Source: Schmidtea polychroa
Taxonomy: Eukaryota
Reading direction: 5' to 3'
Assembly (NCBI GenBank): GCA_044892525.1
Contig: CM097885.1
Span: 52,888,001-52,952,000, forward strand
Length of the DNA stretch: 64,000 nucleotides
Shown one piece after another: positions 11,809 to 25,445 of this stretch (position 1 is the stretch's first letter; every line of letters begins with the position of its first letter). The position numbers and the translations under genes are program-made. Below the pieces are notes generated by a model, which saw only the letters and a list, made by a program, of their open reading frames with translations, searched no databases and was not told the origin of the DNA.

Positions 11809-13089
11809 TAAAACAATCTGAATCCATTTATAATGAAATTATTTCCTAAATTATCAAAAGAAACTATATATTATATGGTATATGAGAGTATCAGGTTATA
11901 AATTATTTATGAAAGTCTAAGTTTTAAAATAATTTTTAGTGATTTATGTTCGTAGAGAAACTTGTCTCTTTCATATTTGTTGAGTGAATAAATTTCAAAA
12001 TTCACCAAATAAATAACATTGGGAATTTGTACTGAAATTATAAATTCTAATCCTATGTTTGAAAATTTTTATTTTAATAAATTCAGTTAATTTTCTATTA
12101 TCTAAGAAATTAAATTTAAGTTTGGTATGAAAATAATTTTTACATTCTATTCAATAGGTTTTTCATAAATATTTTATTTTACTAAATCATATTTTATTTT
12201 GTTCTAAAATTAATATTCATATTACATAGGAAATATTTATACTTTATTTCTTTATTTATTCATAGGTATGGTGAAAATCCACATAATTCTATTAGAATAT
12301 ATTAGCGGATTTTTCCGCTGCTTTTTGTTTAAATTGATTGATAATAATAATGATATAAAAACAAAATAATTAATATATATGATTAAAAATTTTTAAAAAT
12401 AATCTTAAAAAAATATTAAAAACTAATACTTAGAACATCCAAGACCACTGAAACAGATCCATGTTTTGTATCAAATTTCAAGATTATTTTAATTTTAAAA
12501 ATATTTAAACCAATAAAACAGTTTTATGACACAGTAATGGGTATTTCTGAAAAAGGTAAGATAATAATTATTGGAAATCGAAAATAATTTATATTTCTTT
12601 GGAAATCTTTGCTTAATGATTAACCGCCATTTCTTATTCATTGCAAATATATAAAATCCATCATTTCATCGAAAATTTTAATTAAATTTTATAAAACCCA
12701 AAGAAACTAAACGAACCATATCCCTAAAATTGAAAGAAAGTATTTTAAATTATTGTCATTAAAATTTAGAAAGACAACTGATTGCCTGTTATTTCTTTTT
12801 AATTTATCGGCTGAATACCTTTATAGATTGAGATCAGAGTCTTGGATACTATATTAATCTTTTACTTTCCATTCTTGATTTGGTCATACTTGTTTCGATT
12901 TGTTTCTTTTAGAAATACAAATTTTGTTTGATGTAGGTCTCTAACAAATTATTCACTTGGACATTAGATGAATACTTTTATAACTATGATCCTTGTTATT
13001 ATTAGTTTACCGATGTCACCGATGCCATCATTGTGTACATCAGCTTTTTTTTGGATGGACAAGTCATTTTAAAAAGGTAAAATAGTAAG

Positions 13090-14180
13090 AGGAACAAGGT
13101 TCCATCGCGAAAAATGCGACGTCGAATTTTGGGCTATTTTAAAGAAAACTACCCTGGGGATTTTTAAAAATTAATAAAATTTAAAAAAACAATTAGGTCA
13201 ATCAAAATAAAAAATTAAATATTATCTATAATGAATTTAGTTGAACTTGAAAAAATTTTATCTGACAATAAATTGGATCATGAGTTAAGATTTAATAAAA
13301 TGTACAAATTGTTTTAATGAAATAAATCTAATTAGAAAAGAGAAAAATATTAACGTGTTCAAATGACATTGCCAAGTTCAAAAGAAAGAAAACAAACATG
13401 ACTACCAAAAAGATGTAACAGCAGATTCGTTTATAGAAGATGTTAAAATTTCATTACAAAGTTATTAATATGATGATTTCTTGTTAACAGCATTAATTCA
13501 ATGTTAAACAATTAAATGATAATATGAGCCTTTTGCTGCGAAGTATGTATTCAATAAAATGAAAGAATTTTCTACTATAAAAATTAATTATTTTTAATTA
13601 ACGACTTTTTTACATTGGAAAATTCTTTCATTCTAATCAGTATATACTTTGTAGAAAAAGACTTTTATATTATCATTTAATTGTTTACAAAACTTTTAAT
13701 AATAATTTAAGAGTGGAATTTTAGCCTTTCAAAAAATTCGTTTTGACATTAACTTAAGGTTTCTGTTAAGGCTCGTAAACAGTTGTGTTGTCCAGATAGA
13801 TAAATTAAAATTTATTAAGTTTAAAAGTGATCGAAGTAATCCTAGGAACAATGTTCAAGCCCAATAATTTGAACTGATGAGTTTTCATTCTATTCCGGTG
13901 GACCTAATTATCCTGCAAACAGGTGTTCAATATTAGCTTTATTGGGGCCCTATGAATACTAAGTTGTAAATTATTCATTGCATTTTAAGAATCCTGTTCC
14001 CAATGTTTATACAAATAATATTGAGGCCTCTTGGGCCAATGAGAAAAGAAAATTGAAATTTATTTTTTGAACTTGAAAACAGTAGATTAAAAGTTATTTA
14101 GAAAAATGGATTTGGAGAGGGAAATTTTGTAAGAATGTGAATATTTTTGAAATTTTGATTGAGCATTTACAGTAAATTTA
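13090..14180 (+). pseudogene. Merlin (IS1595-like) transposase remnant
   Basis: VYTNNIEASWANEKRKL and YLEKWIWR-like motifs near 14000-14120; heavily decayed, boundaries approximate. Confidence 0.5.
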
Positions 14181-15879
14181 TTATAATTAAATCAGAGTTA
14201 AAAATCTGAGTTAAATTTAACTAATCTTTTTTAATAATTACATATCTAAAAAACTCTAGGATATGACCAAATTTTGTATTTCACTTTGTCTTAAAATTAT
14301 TAGTAAAAATCTTAATAATATTTATGTAAAAAATATTAAAAAATAGAAGGTACTTTATATTTTTATAAAATGAGTCTCTTGCAATAAAACTGGTTTTATT
14401 TAAGGTAAATTCAACAGTATCTATTTAAATAGTCAATAATAACACTTTTTTAAGGTTACACGAAAAAGTGTTTATGAAGTCAATATCTACCATTCAGGAA
14501 AGTTGACCTTGAGTTACTATGTAATAACGAAACACTTTAATAATATACATATAATACTGATTTAACCCTTTCAACATTGAATTTTATTTCTTCAGAAAAT
14601 GATTAATTTTTAGTGTTGTTTTTTTTGTTACTGAACAGGCATGAACCTGTTGATACACTACAAGTACTGTACTACCAACTTAACAAGATTCGCATAATAC
14701 CATAAACTACTGGAACACACATATTACATTGAATTTGGGATAAAGATGACATAGAAATAATTTTTCAAAAATGTTTGGAATATAAAATATCCCAGGAGTG
14801 TTGTAATTGTTAAAATATTTTTGCACGTAAAGAAAATGAGTAAATGAGTAATAAAAAGTAAATGCTAGAAATCTCCAACAAATTACAACATCCATGTTTT
14901 TTTAATTTTTAAATCATGCAATGGAGAAAACATTATAGTAAATAATATCGTGAGATTGGAAAACCATATAAATTCTTCTATTATTTATATTAAATATTCA
15001 TCAGTGATAAAATTTTGTTATAATTAACCATTTATGCGATGAAAATTTTAATTTAATAAATAATGGAAAGTTGATTGATTTGACTAAGAAATAAAGTATT
15101 GCTTTCAATTATTTCCATATCAAATTTGCTACTAAAAAGCCTAATTGCAAAGTCTTAGTTAAAAATGAGAAAACTTTGTTTTAATCAGCGTGAATAGGGC
15201 AAATTTACTTGGATAAATTTCGAATGGAAAAATGAGTGAAGCATCAAAATTATTGATTTGTCCTGGGTTAGAAATTCATAAATCTCTGACGAATGAATTC
15301 AAATCACTTTTCTGTTCTAATAAGAAAATAAAATAAATCTAAATGATTTATAGAAAGAAACTCTGAAACTGTGCCTAGTAGAATTTATGGGATTATGTTG
15401 ACATCTGCTCATTTCCTATCAAAGTCATTGTGTTGACACGAATCGTAGTTGGTACTTATGTACATTATCTAAATGGAGGCAGAGAAAATAAACAATACCG
15501 AATATTTTATTCTTATAATTTATTGAAGATTTATAAATAGAAAAGGATATGCAAATACTTGATTAGTAGGATTAATGTTTCATTAAATCATTTATTAGCA
15601 GTTTGTTTCATTTATAAAATGAAATATTGAAATATAACTTTCGATTTATCATAAAATTTATGAAATACTTAATTGAAACAAAAATAACAAAATTAAAGCA
15701 AAGAATAATTAATGTTAACAATGAAATATTTATTCTTAAAACTAACAAATACAGAACAATTGCAGATTGATTCTAAATCTTGATTAGAATTGAACTTTTT
15801 GAACGCAATAGTTTAAGGAAATTAAAAAAAAATATTTATTAGAATAAATAGTTAAACATACATGGAAACGATTTAAATA

Positions 15880-16460
15880 TAAGAAATTGCCAATCAAACA
15901 TTCGTTTCAGGATATATTTCGACAGTTTTCCTGTCATCATTAGGTAGGATATAATAACTATAGAAATTAGGGATTTTTAAACAAAATTTTTAATTGTATT
16001 AATTATATAAAAGTTTTTTAATAAAAACATTTCATTCTTTTAAAAATAATAAAAATTATAATATAAATAATATATTATTTTTTAAATTTTAAAATATTGA
16101 AATTTAATTTAGTAATTTATCAATTATTTAGTTTAACAACAACAATCCATACATACAATATACAAAAAATTATTTAGAAACCTTTAAAACACAAATATTC
16201 ACTGCATTCTGTACATAAATTTTCGGATTCAATGACTTTATAAATGATGCTTTACAAATTACACGTTTTCAATAATTATCGACATTTTTTAATAGAATTT
16301 TAAAATCAGACATATTTTACTCTTAGCCATTATTGTGCTCACTAATATTCAATGCTTTCGGTCTATAATGTTCTCGAATTCGAATACAGGGATGACGGGA
16401 TAACTTTTAATTAAAAACGATTTGAATTCAATAAATCGTTATCATTTATTGAGAGTTATG
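15880..16460 (-). mobile_element. Penelope-like element 3' end with pseudo-LTR
   Basis: Homologous to 24004-24460; the terminal segment has a hammerhead-like CTAATGA-TGAC...GTC-GAAA on the minus strand. Confidence 0.65.
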
Positions 16461-16826
16461 AATTTGTTATAAAGAAATATACATTTGGAGTTTTTGTTTT
16501 TCGATTTTGGGACACGTGGAGTCAGAGTTACTAACGGTTACTAACTTTTTTAAAAAGACATTATTTATTTATTTATTTATTATTAATAATAAGTAAATAA
16601 ATATGCATTTAGTGTTAATAGTTGGATATTTATTTATGATAGAAATTGCTTCCCTATATAGTTGATATTTTTATCATTGATAAATATTCATCTATTAGCA
16701 TTATCAGTGAAATATTTTCAGTGAAATTGCCATTCTGATATTTTTTTAAACTTTGGTTTAAAAATAATTTCTAAAATTTAGATAAAAAATTTAGGAAATA
16801 AAAAGTTTGTCAGCTTTTAGGAATAA

Positions 16827-16894
<68 letters not shown>

Positions 16895-17034
16895 AACAAT
16901 TAAATGATAATTTAAGCCTTTTTCTGCAAATAATATATTTAATTCTTTAAAATTTAATTAATGCTGCTACCAAGAAATCATCACTTTATATTATTATTGT
17001 TATTACAAACGATTACTATTATAATTTTATTCAG

Positions 17035-17138
17035 CATTATTTTCGGTATTTGCAAGTGCAATTCAGAACGAAAAAGTAAAATTATTACAAGTTGATGAGC
17101 AATGTCACAATTATACACCTCTCAATATTCCTTCAGAG
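17035..17138 (+). CDS. Next exon of the same tetraspan gene
   Basis: ttattcAG|CA TTA...TCA GAG|GTtgg; 104 nt, phase 1-0, compatible with exon 41-178; (A)LFSVFASAIQNEKVKLLQVDEQCHNYTPLNIPSE. Confidence 0.7.
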
Positions 17139-17532
17139 GTTGGTTTTAAAATTGTTTAATGATTTTATTTTTTATAAACAATAATTAAAATTTTTAATTT
17201 CAACTAAAATCTTTCCCAGATATTTTCATTTAAAAAAATGTTACTAATTTATTATCAATAGAAACATTTTCATTGAAAATTTTGTAGTGGTACAAATTTC
17301 GAGAAATTATGAAATTGACAACAAATTTGAAAATAAAAGTAGCATTTTTCTGTGAGATATCAAAGAAAACATTGTGCGAAAGTTTGTGAAAACAATTGTT
17401 AAAAATATAATTGTAAAATTAAAAATATCAATGTGATATTTTAAAAATTAGAAAAGAATATTAGTATCATTCTATATGTGACAGTTGTAAGATGGAGACA
17501 TCTCGTATACATGGTTATACTAATATTATATC

Positions 17533-18463
17533 TGTTGGGTTATGGGTTGGTGATAATATTTGTAAAGTTAAAATTCTTACTCTGACTCCAAAAGTATCTT
17601 TGACTGACCCACAAAATACACTTGACAACAGAAATCTTTATTGATAATCACAAATAATTTTCACTTTACACTGAGAATCGATTCAACACTCTGCTCGGTG
17701 ATTATGCAATGCTTATTACAACAATCAGTGAGCAATAGCATTCGTGTACAACACCGGATTGTAAGATCACTAACTACTGATTAGTTTATCGACTGGGTCT
17801 TTGAGTTGGTGGTTTTCTTTGACCTTCTTCGACAACTTTATTCAAATATTCAAATAACTTATTTTCGTTTATTTCTCAACTAATTCTTTTTTGCAAATCT
17901 TCTCCCACAATTATTCTTCACAATTATATATTTTTTCTCAATTAATCTTCAAAAATCTTTTCCCAATAAATTTTCGTCTGGTTTTGTCTAATTTGTTTAT
18001 CTCGGTTTTTGTCTGAAATTTGTGTTCACCAGTTTCTCTTTATATAGCTTGTTTTATTTGTGGCACTAGTGATAATCAAATGTTTTTCACTTTTTATCCC
18101 GTATTTCCCGACTGTTCCCATTTTATCTCTGACAGATGTCGAGATATGTTTTCCTTTTGCCTTTTTTGTTAGGCCGACTTCTCCCGGCAATTCCGTTATC
18201 TTTGACAAGCTGTCAAGATACGGCTTTTCTCCTATTTTTGTTTTTCTGGAATTGGAAATTCCTCCTTCGTTTGTACCTATTAATTAACAATGACCTTTGT
18301 TTCAATTTATTGTTTGCTTTCTTTTATTTGATTTATCTTTCTCATTTATCATTTCTCTTTACTTCCGTTTTCTTTTCCGAGTTCACATAGATCGTCCCAT
18401 TTGTCGTGATGATCTTTACCCAGGTAATTTACTTATTTATTATACTATTATGTATCCTCAACA
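17533..18463 (-). mobile_element. Probable solo LTR (931 bp)
   Basis: TGTTG...CAACA termini, 4-bp TSD TATC on both sides, minus-strand TATA box (~18040) and AATAAA (~17640). Confidence 0.6.
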
Positions 18464-20641
18464 TATCCTTACACATTCTATCTGTTTTTCCTCCACACTA
18501 TAACTTAAATATGTTATTAACTTTTATAATTGATATTGCATAACATTTTGAATAATAAAATAAGTATAAGCATAATTAATAAAATTAATTAAAATGAAAT
18601 TAAGAAATGGCGTAATTCGTCAAATAGTTGGGTACGCAAGACGTGAGTTTCTGCAGCCTTTGCAATAAAATAATGAGTAAAATAATTTTCATATACATAT
18701 AATATGACATGACGTGTATTGTTAGTTGATGAATTAATTAATTATTAATGAATAGTGCCTTCATTTGTATGCATGTTCACTCTGTGTTGTATTTCATGTA
18801 AGCGTTCTGTCATTCTCCTGTATGTGTATGGGTGTGTATGCCTGCAATCCAATAAAATTTCCTTTCTAGCCATTCAGAACCCACCACACTCTTTCACCTG
18901 TCTTCTTTCAAACCAAACCCTTACACCTTCTTCCCCTCATGCATTCCCAATAATTGTCTTAGGCATGTACAAGCACCTATTGCGTACACACAGCTTAGTC
19001 TTCTCCTGATGGCAGCTACTACGAAAAAGAAACGGCTATATGATGCTAATTATATCTAATATGGAATCACGTCAGTTGTGAAAAATGGTCGCGAACTTCC
19101 ACAATGTGTACTTTGCTTCAAAGTTTTGTGTCTACAATAATGACATTTCTCATTTCCATTATTTCTACAAGGTCCTCTCTGAAGCATTCATGAAGACAAA
19201 TGTTCTCGAACAACATATAAAAGGCTGTCATACATAACACGCTGAAAAGGATGCATCTTTCTTCATATAGATGGAGGTTGGAGTGAAATGAATTCGTCTT
19301 GACAATACTGAACAGTTCAGTCATCGTACATGGTGGTATTGAGAATTGCGCAAGAAAAAACACTAAATGCTGTCCCTAAGCGACTGATTCTCCCTTGCTG
19401 AATAGATATTGTTAGCTGCATGATTGGAGAAGACGCGGTTAAAAATGACACCATGAGTTCATAGATGTTGCTAGTTGTGCCCAACTGTTGGTATTCGTCC
19501 GGATGTGGACTTCAAAGAATTTCTATTTTGTCATGCCTCAAAATCCACAACGAAATGTGAAGACTTATTAAATGTGGTATCAATGTTTCTTGAAGAGGAA
19601 TGCTTGTCAACGGACAATGTGTGTTCATGCATAACCGATGGTGCACCCTCTATGTTCGGCAATCCATCAGGATTCTATGCTCAAGACACAGCTTCGAATC
19701 CTACAGCCAAGCATCTTCATTCATTGATATACATTGGCATCAAAGATTTCCCCACCGAGCTGAAGGCAGTATTAGATGATATTGTTGCCATGGTCAACAC
19801 CATCAAATCAAGCGCTCTAAATACGCACATGTTCCCTCGGTTATGCCAAGAAAAGAGAAGAGATCAAGAGGCGTTGCTCTTCCACACCGATGTTTACTGG
19901 TTCTCGAAAGGGAACATGCTGGACAGATCAGAGTCACTGAAAGAGAAGATTGCCGAATTTTTCAAACGGAATAAGGAAAGGAAGTCAAAATTCTTCATTT
20001 CGAAGCTTTCTGACAACGAGTGGATCATAAACCTACCTAACTGAAGATTAAATTTCACCGTATGAATGCCCTGAACTAATCACTCCAAGGAACCCCTGGT
20101 CTAAGATCATGGATTTTGTGGATAAAGTTAGATCCTTTGGAACTGTGGGAAATAGACATCAAAGATGCTAACTTCCATTGTTCGGAAAATCTAAACACGC
20201 TGAATGACAGCGAAAGCATCCCTCATGGCAACATGAGTCATTTAGTGATAATGAATCTATCCAACTTGCGAAATCCTTTCCTACTTCCCAAACTTGAGTA
20301 ATCTTGATGCAAAATTGATCCAGAATCCATTAATAATGGATGTGGCATCATTTCTGGATGTATTGCAGGAGCAGTTCATTGATCTAGTGAACGATTCTAC
20401 GACACAAGATGTATTTGAAAGATTACCCTTAGTCAAGTTCTGGCACAAAATGTGCGAGTCCTATCCCACTATCCCAATACTGACCTTTCCCAGCACTTAT
20501 CTTTGTTAACAAGGCTTCTTTGCTCAGTTGTCTGCAGCCTAGAAACTCCGTGTGGTACTCTCCAAAACTGTACCATACATTGAAGTTTTGGTTGTTGCCA
20601 AGCAGGCTCAGAAAAGACATTGTCTGAAAAATACCTTATAA

Positions 20642-21150
20642 CAGTGTTGTCCAAACTGTGTGCCGCAGCACACTGGTGTGCCGTGGTGGGTGCACAGGTT
20701 TGCCGTGAAATTTTTTTTAAAAAAGCCAAAAAAACCCTGTTTTTCCAAACAACTTAATAAAAGGAAATTGAATTATTTTAACAGTTATTTCAAATTTAAA
20801 TGTTAATCAGTCATTTAAATCAAAGAAGCGGGAACGTATGGTTAACATTGATCAAGAATTAAGAGTTTGTTTGTCGAAAATTCCACCACGATTGGAACTT
20901 ATTTGTTCGGAACATTAAGCACATAAATTTCATTAACTATGTTTTATGAATTTTTCATTCACTAATTTTTCTAAATTTAAAATTTTATACATTAAATTTA
21001 TTTCAAGTAAATAAGTTTTTCATTTCTTATTAAAAGATTAGTAAAAGTGCAATAAAAAATTGCCAATAAAGCAAAAAAAATTTAGCTGTGCCGTGAAAAT
21101 CTTTAATTCAGCCAAGTGTGCCGTGGCTCAAAATAGTTTGGTTTACACTG
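20642..21150 (+). mobile_element. hAT MITE nested in the hAT remnant
   Basis: TIRs CAGTGTTGTCCAAACT/AGTTTGGTTTACACTG; perfect 8-bp TSD CCTTATAA. Confidence 0.9.
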
Positions 21151-21181
21151 CCTTATAACCATGATTAATATGCTATTTTAA

Positions 21182-21394
21182 CCCTTAATTGCATGAGTTT
21201 TTTATTTATTTTGAATAAAATAAAATAACGTTCCTTTGACTGAATATATTATTATGAAAATAATAAACTAAATCCGTTAAACAGCTTTCTAGCTCAAAAC
21301 CAACACTATGAAATAATTAGTTCTTATTTATTTTAGGCGATCTAAACGTGAAATTCTGGTATGTTGCAAATTTGTTACACATTGCAATTAAGGG
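21182..21394. mobile_element. piggyBac-type MITE (213 bp)
   Basis: TTAA TSD on both sides; 12-bp TIR CCCTTAATTGCA/TGCAATTAAGGG. Confidence 0.85.
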
Positions 21395-21640
21395 TTAATA
21401 TCTACGAGTAATTACTTCGTGAAATTCCATTCACTTCAATTTTGAAATATGTGGGTACGCAAAATAACATGAATATATCTAAGGGTATGCTGAGTCGAAA
21501 AGGTTGAGAAACGCTGGTTTAGGGGAGTAACGGAAAATTTTTGCATGTAAATTATTATAATCAGATATATTAGAATGAAAATTCAATAAAATTGATGAGT
21601 TGATAACGAATTTGGCATAACTTCACAACAATTCTATAAG

Positions 21641-22523
21641 TAAGGTGGCCAACTATACTCATTTACTGAGTTTTGTACTTTTTTTTCATAAACCGTACTC
21701 TTTTCAAATCCTGTACTCTGAAAGTACTCATTTGTATAATTTTATACTCATTTGTATTTCTAAAACATTTTTTTGGATTATTTTATTTTAATTTTATTAA
21801 TTAAATATTTAAAATTATTTTGACAGTGATTTGATTTATTAAAGTTTAATTTTCATTTTACTTAAATAATATCAGACTATAATATTTATTTAAAATCAAA
21901 ATAAAATATATATTCCTAATTATTTTATAATATAATTTTTAGATTATCAATTCAAATATGAGCGATAACAAAAGAAGGAAAAATTGTTTAAACAAAAATT
22001 TAAAAAAAGAGTTTCTGTTCATTGTAGTTAAAAATGGAAATGATGACTCCTTGGTTAAATGCACAATCTGCAATAGGGAATTTTCAATTGCAATTCATGG
22101 ATGTAGTGCAATAATGGCACATAACGAAACCGAAGTACATTCTAGAGTATTTTAGAGTAGAACATATCCCACTTGAAAATTTAAAAGTTTCAATCGAAAT
22201 TTCCTTATGTTGTCCAAGCACTAATGCTGCTGTTGAAACGGTAATTTCACTAGGGAATAATTATTGAAGCAGTGAGAAGTCGCAACTTTCTGTAAAAACA
22301 TTATCTGCCGTCTTAACGGTCAAATTTAATATGCAAAATTAAAGTTGTTCGGATGTGGCTACATTTTTAGACGAAAATCCTCATTTAGCAAAAAACAATC
22401 CACTCCGAAGAAAAATATGTTTTTAAAAGAAAATAAAGTTTTTATCTTTTTTTCTTCTTTTTTTCACATATGAAATACTTGCAAAGTGTACTCATTTTGA
22501 ACAAAAAATAGTTGGTCACCTTA
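21641..22523 (+). mobile_element. Internally deleted hAT-like element
   Basis: TIRs TAAGGTGGCCAACTAT/ATAGTTGGTCACCTTA, flanking repeat CTATAAG; N-terminal zinc finger CTIC...H...H (21958-22155) joined to a dimerisation-domain remnant PSTNAAVE. Confidence 0.85.
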
Positions 22524-23017
22524 CTATAAGATAAAAGTGACGACATTATTGATTTTCAAAAAACTGGTCTTCTATATTACCGTGAAATTGTGTGAATTAG
22601 GAAGTTAATAAATATGAGAAAATAAATAATTTTTTATAAAAATAACTTAGCTTTATTTTAAGTCTGAGAGTCGAAATTTTTATTATGGTTGGACGTTTTT
22701 CAATCATGAATACTTTATACTTTTTTAATATTAATATATAAAATTATCTAATTTTACATCTGTGATTTATCCACTTTTAGTGAGATAGACTCCTCTCTTG
22801 TCTGAAACTTTTCCACGTGAGATACTATTATCATAAAAAAAGAATTTCAACAAAAAATAAATGATTCTGCAATAGTCAACAATTTAATGAGAAGAATGAA
22901 TTTGTTTTATATTTTTTGACATTCAGTTATTAATCTCGTAGTAAAGATTCTTAAAACTGCATGTAAATGTTCATCGATGATGTTTGATAGTAAAGAGGTT
23001 TTGTTGATATTCATAAT

Positions 23018-23381
23018 CAGTGGCCTAACTAGTGGACGCAGGACCCTGCGTTGCGGGGGCCCAAAATTATTACTAAAAAAATATTTAAAATCATTTTCTG
23101 AAACTTTTTTCCTGCAGTTAAATTTCCCTACAAACATAAAACTATCATTGAATAGCGGCTGCTGTGAATAACTATGTATTAAACTTTAACCGAAAAATAT
23201 TTTTGCCAATATGAAGGCAAGGAGGAAAGATTTTAATATTTAAGGTCCATTAAGTTTTAGTTTCATTTTTGTATTATTTTTATGATATATGAAATAAATA
23301 TCTAACTTGTTTTTGTTAAAAAAATTATTGTGGAATTATTTTACATTGCGCGGGGGCCCAAATTTTGAAGTTCCGCCACTG
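23018..23381. mobile_element. hAT MITE inserted in an older minus-strand hAT C-terminal remnant (~22880-23440)
   Basis: CAGTGGC...GCCACTG termini, 8-bp TSD TTCATAAT; flanks rejoin to GSTYLFEQIFSIMNINKTSLLSNIIDEHLHAVLRI. Confidence 0.88.
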
Positions 23382-23702
23382 TTCATAATTGAAAATATTT
23401 GTTCAAATAGGTAGGTTGATCCAATAGAATAACAAAGTCGGAAATTCCATATTAAATGGTCTTAAATATAACGAAATAGCTATTGAAAGAGTTGATCATA
23501 TGAAAATTGTAGTGCATTATATTTATAAAAAATGCGATAACGTTAATATTTTTTTTCAAATAAAAAGATATCATTCAACTTAATTTTATAAATAAAATTT
23601 CAAGGTTTTTCTTTGTTGTTACATCTAATTTTTCCTGTATTGTAATTTTTTAATTATAAAATTTTTAATAAATATTTGATTTAACAATTTTTTTACTTAT
23701 AG

Positions 23703-23858
23703 ATTTGTCCCTATTATACTTCGAAATCCTTTTCAGCTACAACGGAATGGCCATTTACCTTAAGCTTGATATCATCAATCTTATTCGCCGGATCCACTTT
23801 ACTCTGGGTTATGATCACAAGAAACTTGAGATTAGTTAAAGCTAAAGCATACCTATAA
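23703..23858 (+). CDS. Terminal exon of the tetraspan gene
   Basis: ttatAG|ATT; ICPYYTSKSFSATTEWPFTLSLISSILFAGSTLLWVMITRNLRLVKAKAYL*, a last TM helix preceded by W-x-F-x-L as in the claudin/PMP22 superfamily; AATAAA just downstream. Confidence 0.75.
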   Translation: MCPYYTSKSFSATTEWPFTLSLISSILFAGSTLLWVMITRNLRLVKAKAYL

Positions 23859-24003
23859 TTTAATAAATTTTCATAAATAAAATTCTACACTGAGATTAAT
23901 GTAAACTTTTTTACTAAATATAAAGAATTTCATTTCTTTTTTAAATTTTAAATAATTTTCATTATCAACTATTTTACTATTCTGATTCTTATTATTATTA
24001 TAA

Positions 24004-24930
24004 GAAAGCGCCACTCAAACATTCGTTTTACGATTTTTTTCGACAGTTTTCTTGTCATTTTCTGGTAGGATAGAATGACTATAGAAATTATAGATTTTTG
24101 AACAAGTTTATTAATTATATAATTTTTTAATAACAAATAATTTTTTATTGTAACAACTAAAAAAGGAAAATTTTAAAATATTGAAATTTAAAATTATTTA
24201 ATTTAATTATTTAATAATTATTTAAAATAACAACAATAAAACTTTTTAAAAACAATTAAAACACAAATATTCACTGCATGTTGCACAATAATTATTGGAT
24301 CCAATTACTTTAACATAATGATTCACAAATTACATGTTGCCAATAATTATTGAAATTTTTTATTAAAATTTTAAAATTAGACGTACCTATTTTTCTCTTA
24401 CAACCTTTATTGTGCTTACTAATACTGTTCAATGCCTTTGGTCTATAATGTTCTCGAGGTCGAAAATTCAAATTACAAGAAGTCTCTCCAATATATGTGG
24501 CATTAAACCCATTACATGTAAACTGATAAACGAGATCAAAACACAATCCAATCGGAGTTTTAGACCTATTGATAAACATGTTTTGCTTAGTTTTCATGAA
24601 TTTGACACAATCTTATAATTTAAATTCTCCAACTGCTTGCTTATCTTTCTTTTATAATCTGTTAATACCAATACTGGCAATACCAACACAAATTTAGACT
24701 CCTCATCTTTACACTCGCTATATAATTTATATAACTTTTTATCAAACTCACCTAATACCAATAAAATTACACCCAGATTTTCTCAAACATGGATTCTTAG
24801 GATTTTTAATAAATTTATCAACGGTCATTTTTACCTTTATTAATAAAAAGGATTTTGAATAACCGCTTTTCATTAACAAGTCAACCAATTTATCAACACC
24901 TTTTACGGAATATTCAAAAGTAGAAGACAA
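24004..24930 (-). pseudogene. Penelope-like element GIY-YIG endonuclease region and pseudo-LTR
   Basis: LVYQFTCNGFNATYIGETSCNLNFRPREH GIY-YIG signature; terminal repeat shared with 15880 and 37855. Confidence 0.85.
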
Positions 24931-25197
24931 TATAATGATATAAAATAAATAAAAATTCTTCAGAAAAAGATAGTATTATATTATATTTTTAACCAATGAG
25001 AAGAAAAAGAATGTATTTTCGGGAAGAGGAATGCTAAATTCCAAAAGATTGACAAGGACTATCTTATAGTCGAAAATTTTTTCATTAAATACATTATTCA
25101 CAGCGAAAGGTTTAAATTATCACTTAATTGATTTAAATAATAAATGCTACTACTACTACCACTACAAATAATAATGATAATAAATCGTAAGAAAATT

Positions 25198-25222
25198 TCT
25201 TAATGTGAAAAACTTTGATTAT

Positions 25223-25289
<67 letters not shown>

Positions 25290-25292
25290 TTA

Positions 25293-25331
<39 letters not shown>

Positions 25332-25355
25332 TTAATAATAATAATAATAATAATA

Positions 25356-25418
<63 letters not shown>

Positions 25419-25445
25419 ATAATCAAAGTTTTTCACATTTAAGAA
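25198..25445. repeat. Fold-back palindrome with (AAT)n/(ATT)n core
   Basis: AATGTGAAAAACTTTGATTATATTAATAA is mirrored at 25411-25439; the microsatellite switches strand near 25357. Confidence 0.85.

Larger units (their letters stand above)
19005..21516 (+). pseudogene. Degenerate hAT (Charlie/Buster-type) transposon
   Basis: CITDGAPSM, LLFHTDVYWFSKG and FPSTYLC motifs across broken ORFs; right end AAGGTTGAGAAACGCTG; left end not located. Confidence 0.85.

Noticed and set aside
17486..18473. Alternative solo-LTR boundaries TGTAAG...CTTACA
   Set aside because: Flanks match only 3/4, whereas 17533-18463 has a perfect TATC TSD.
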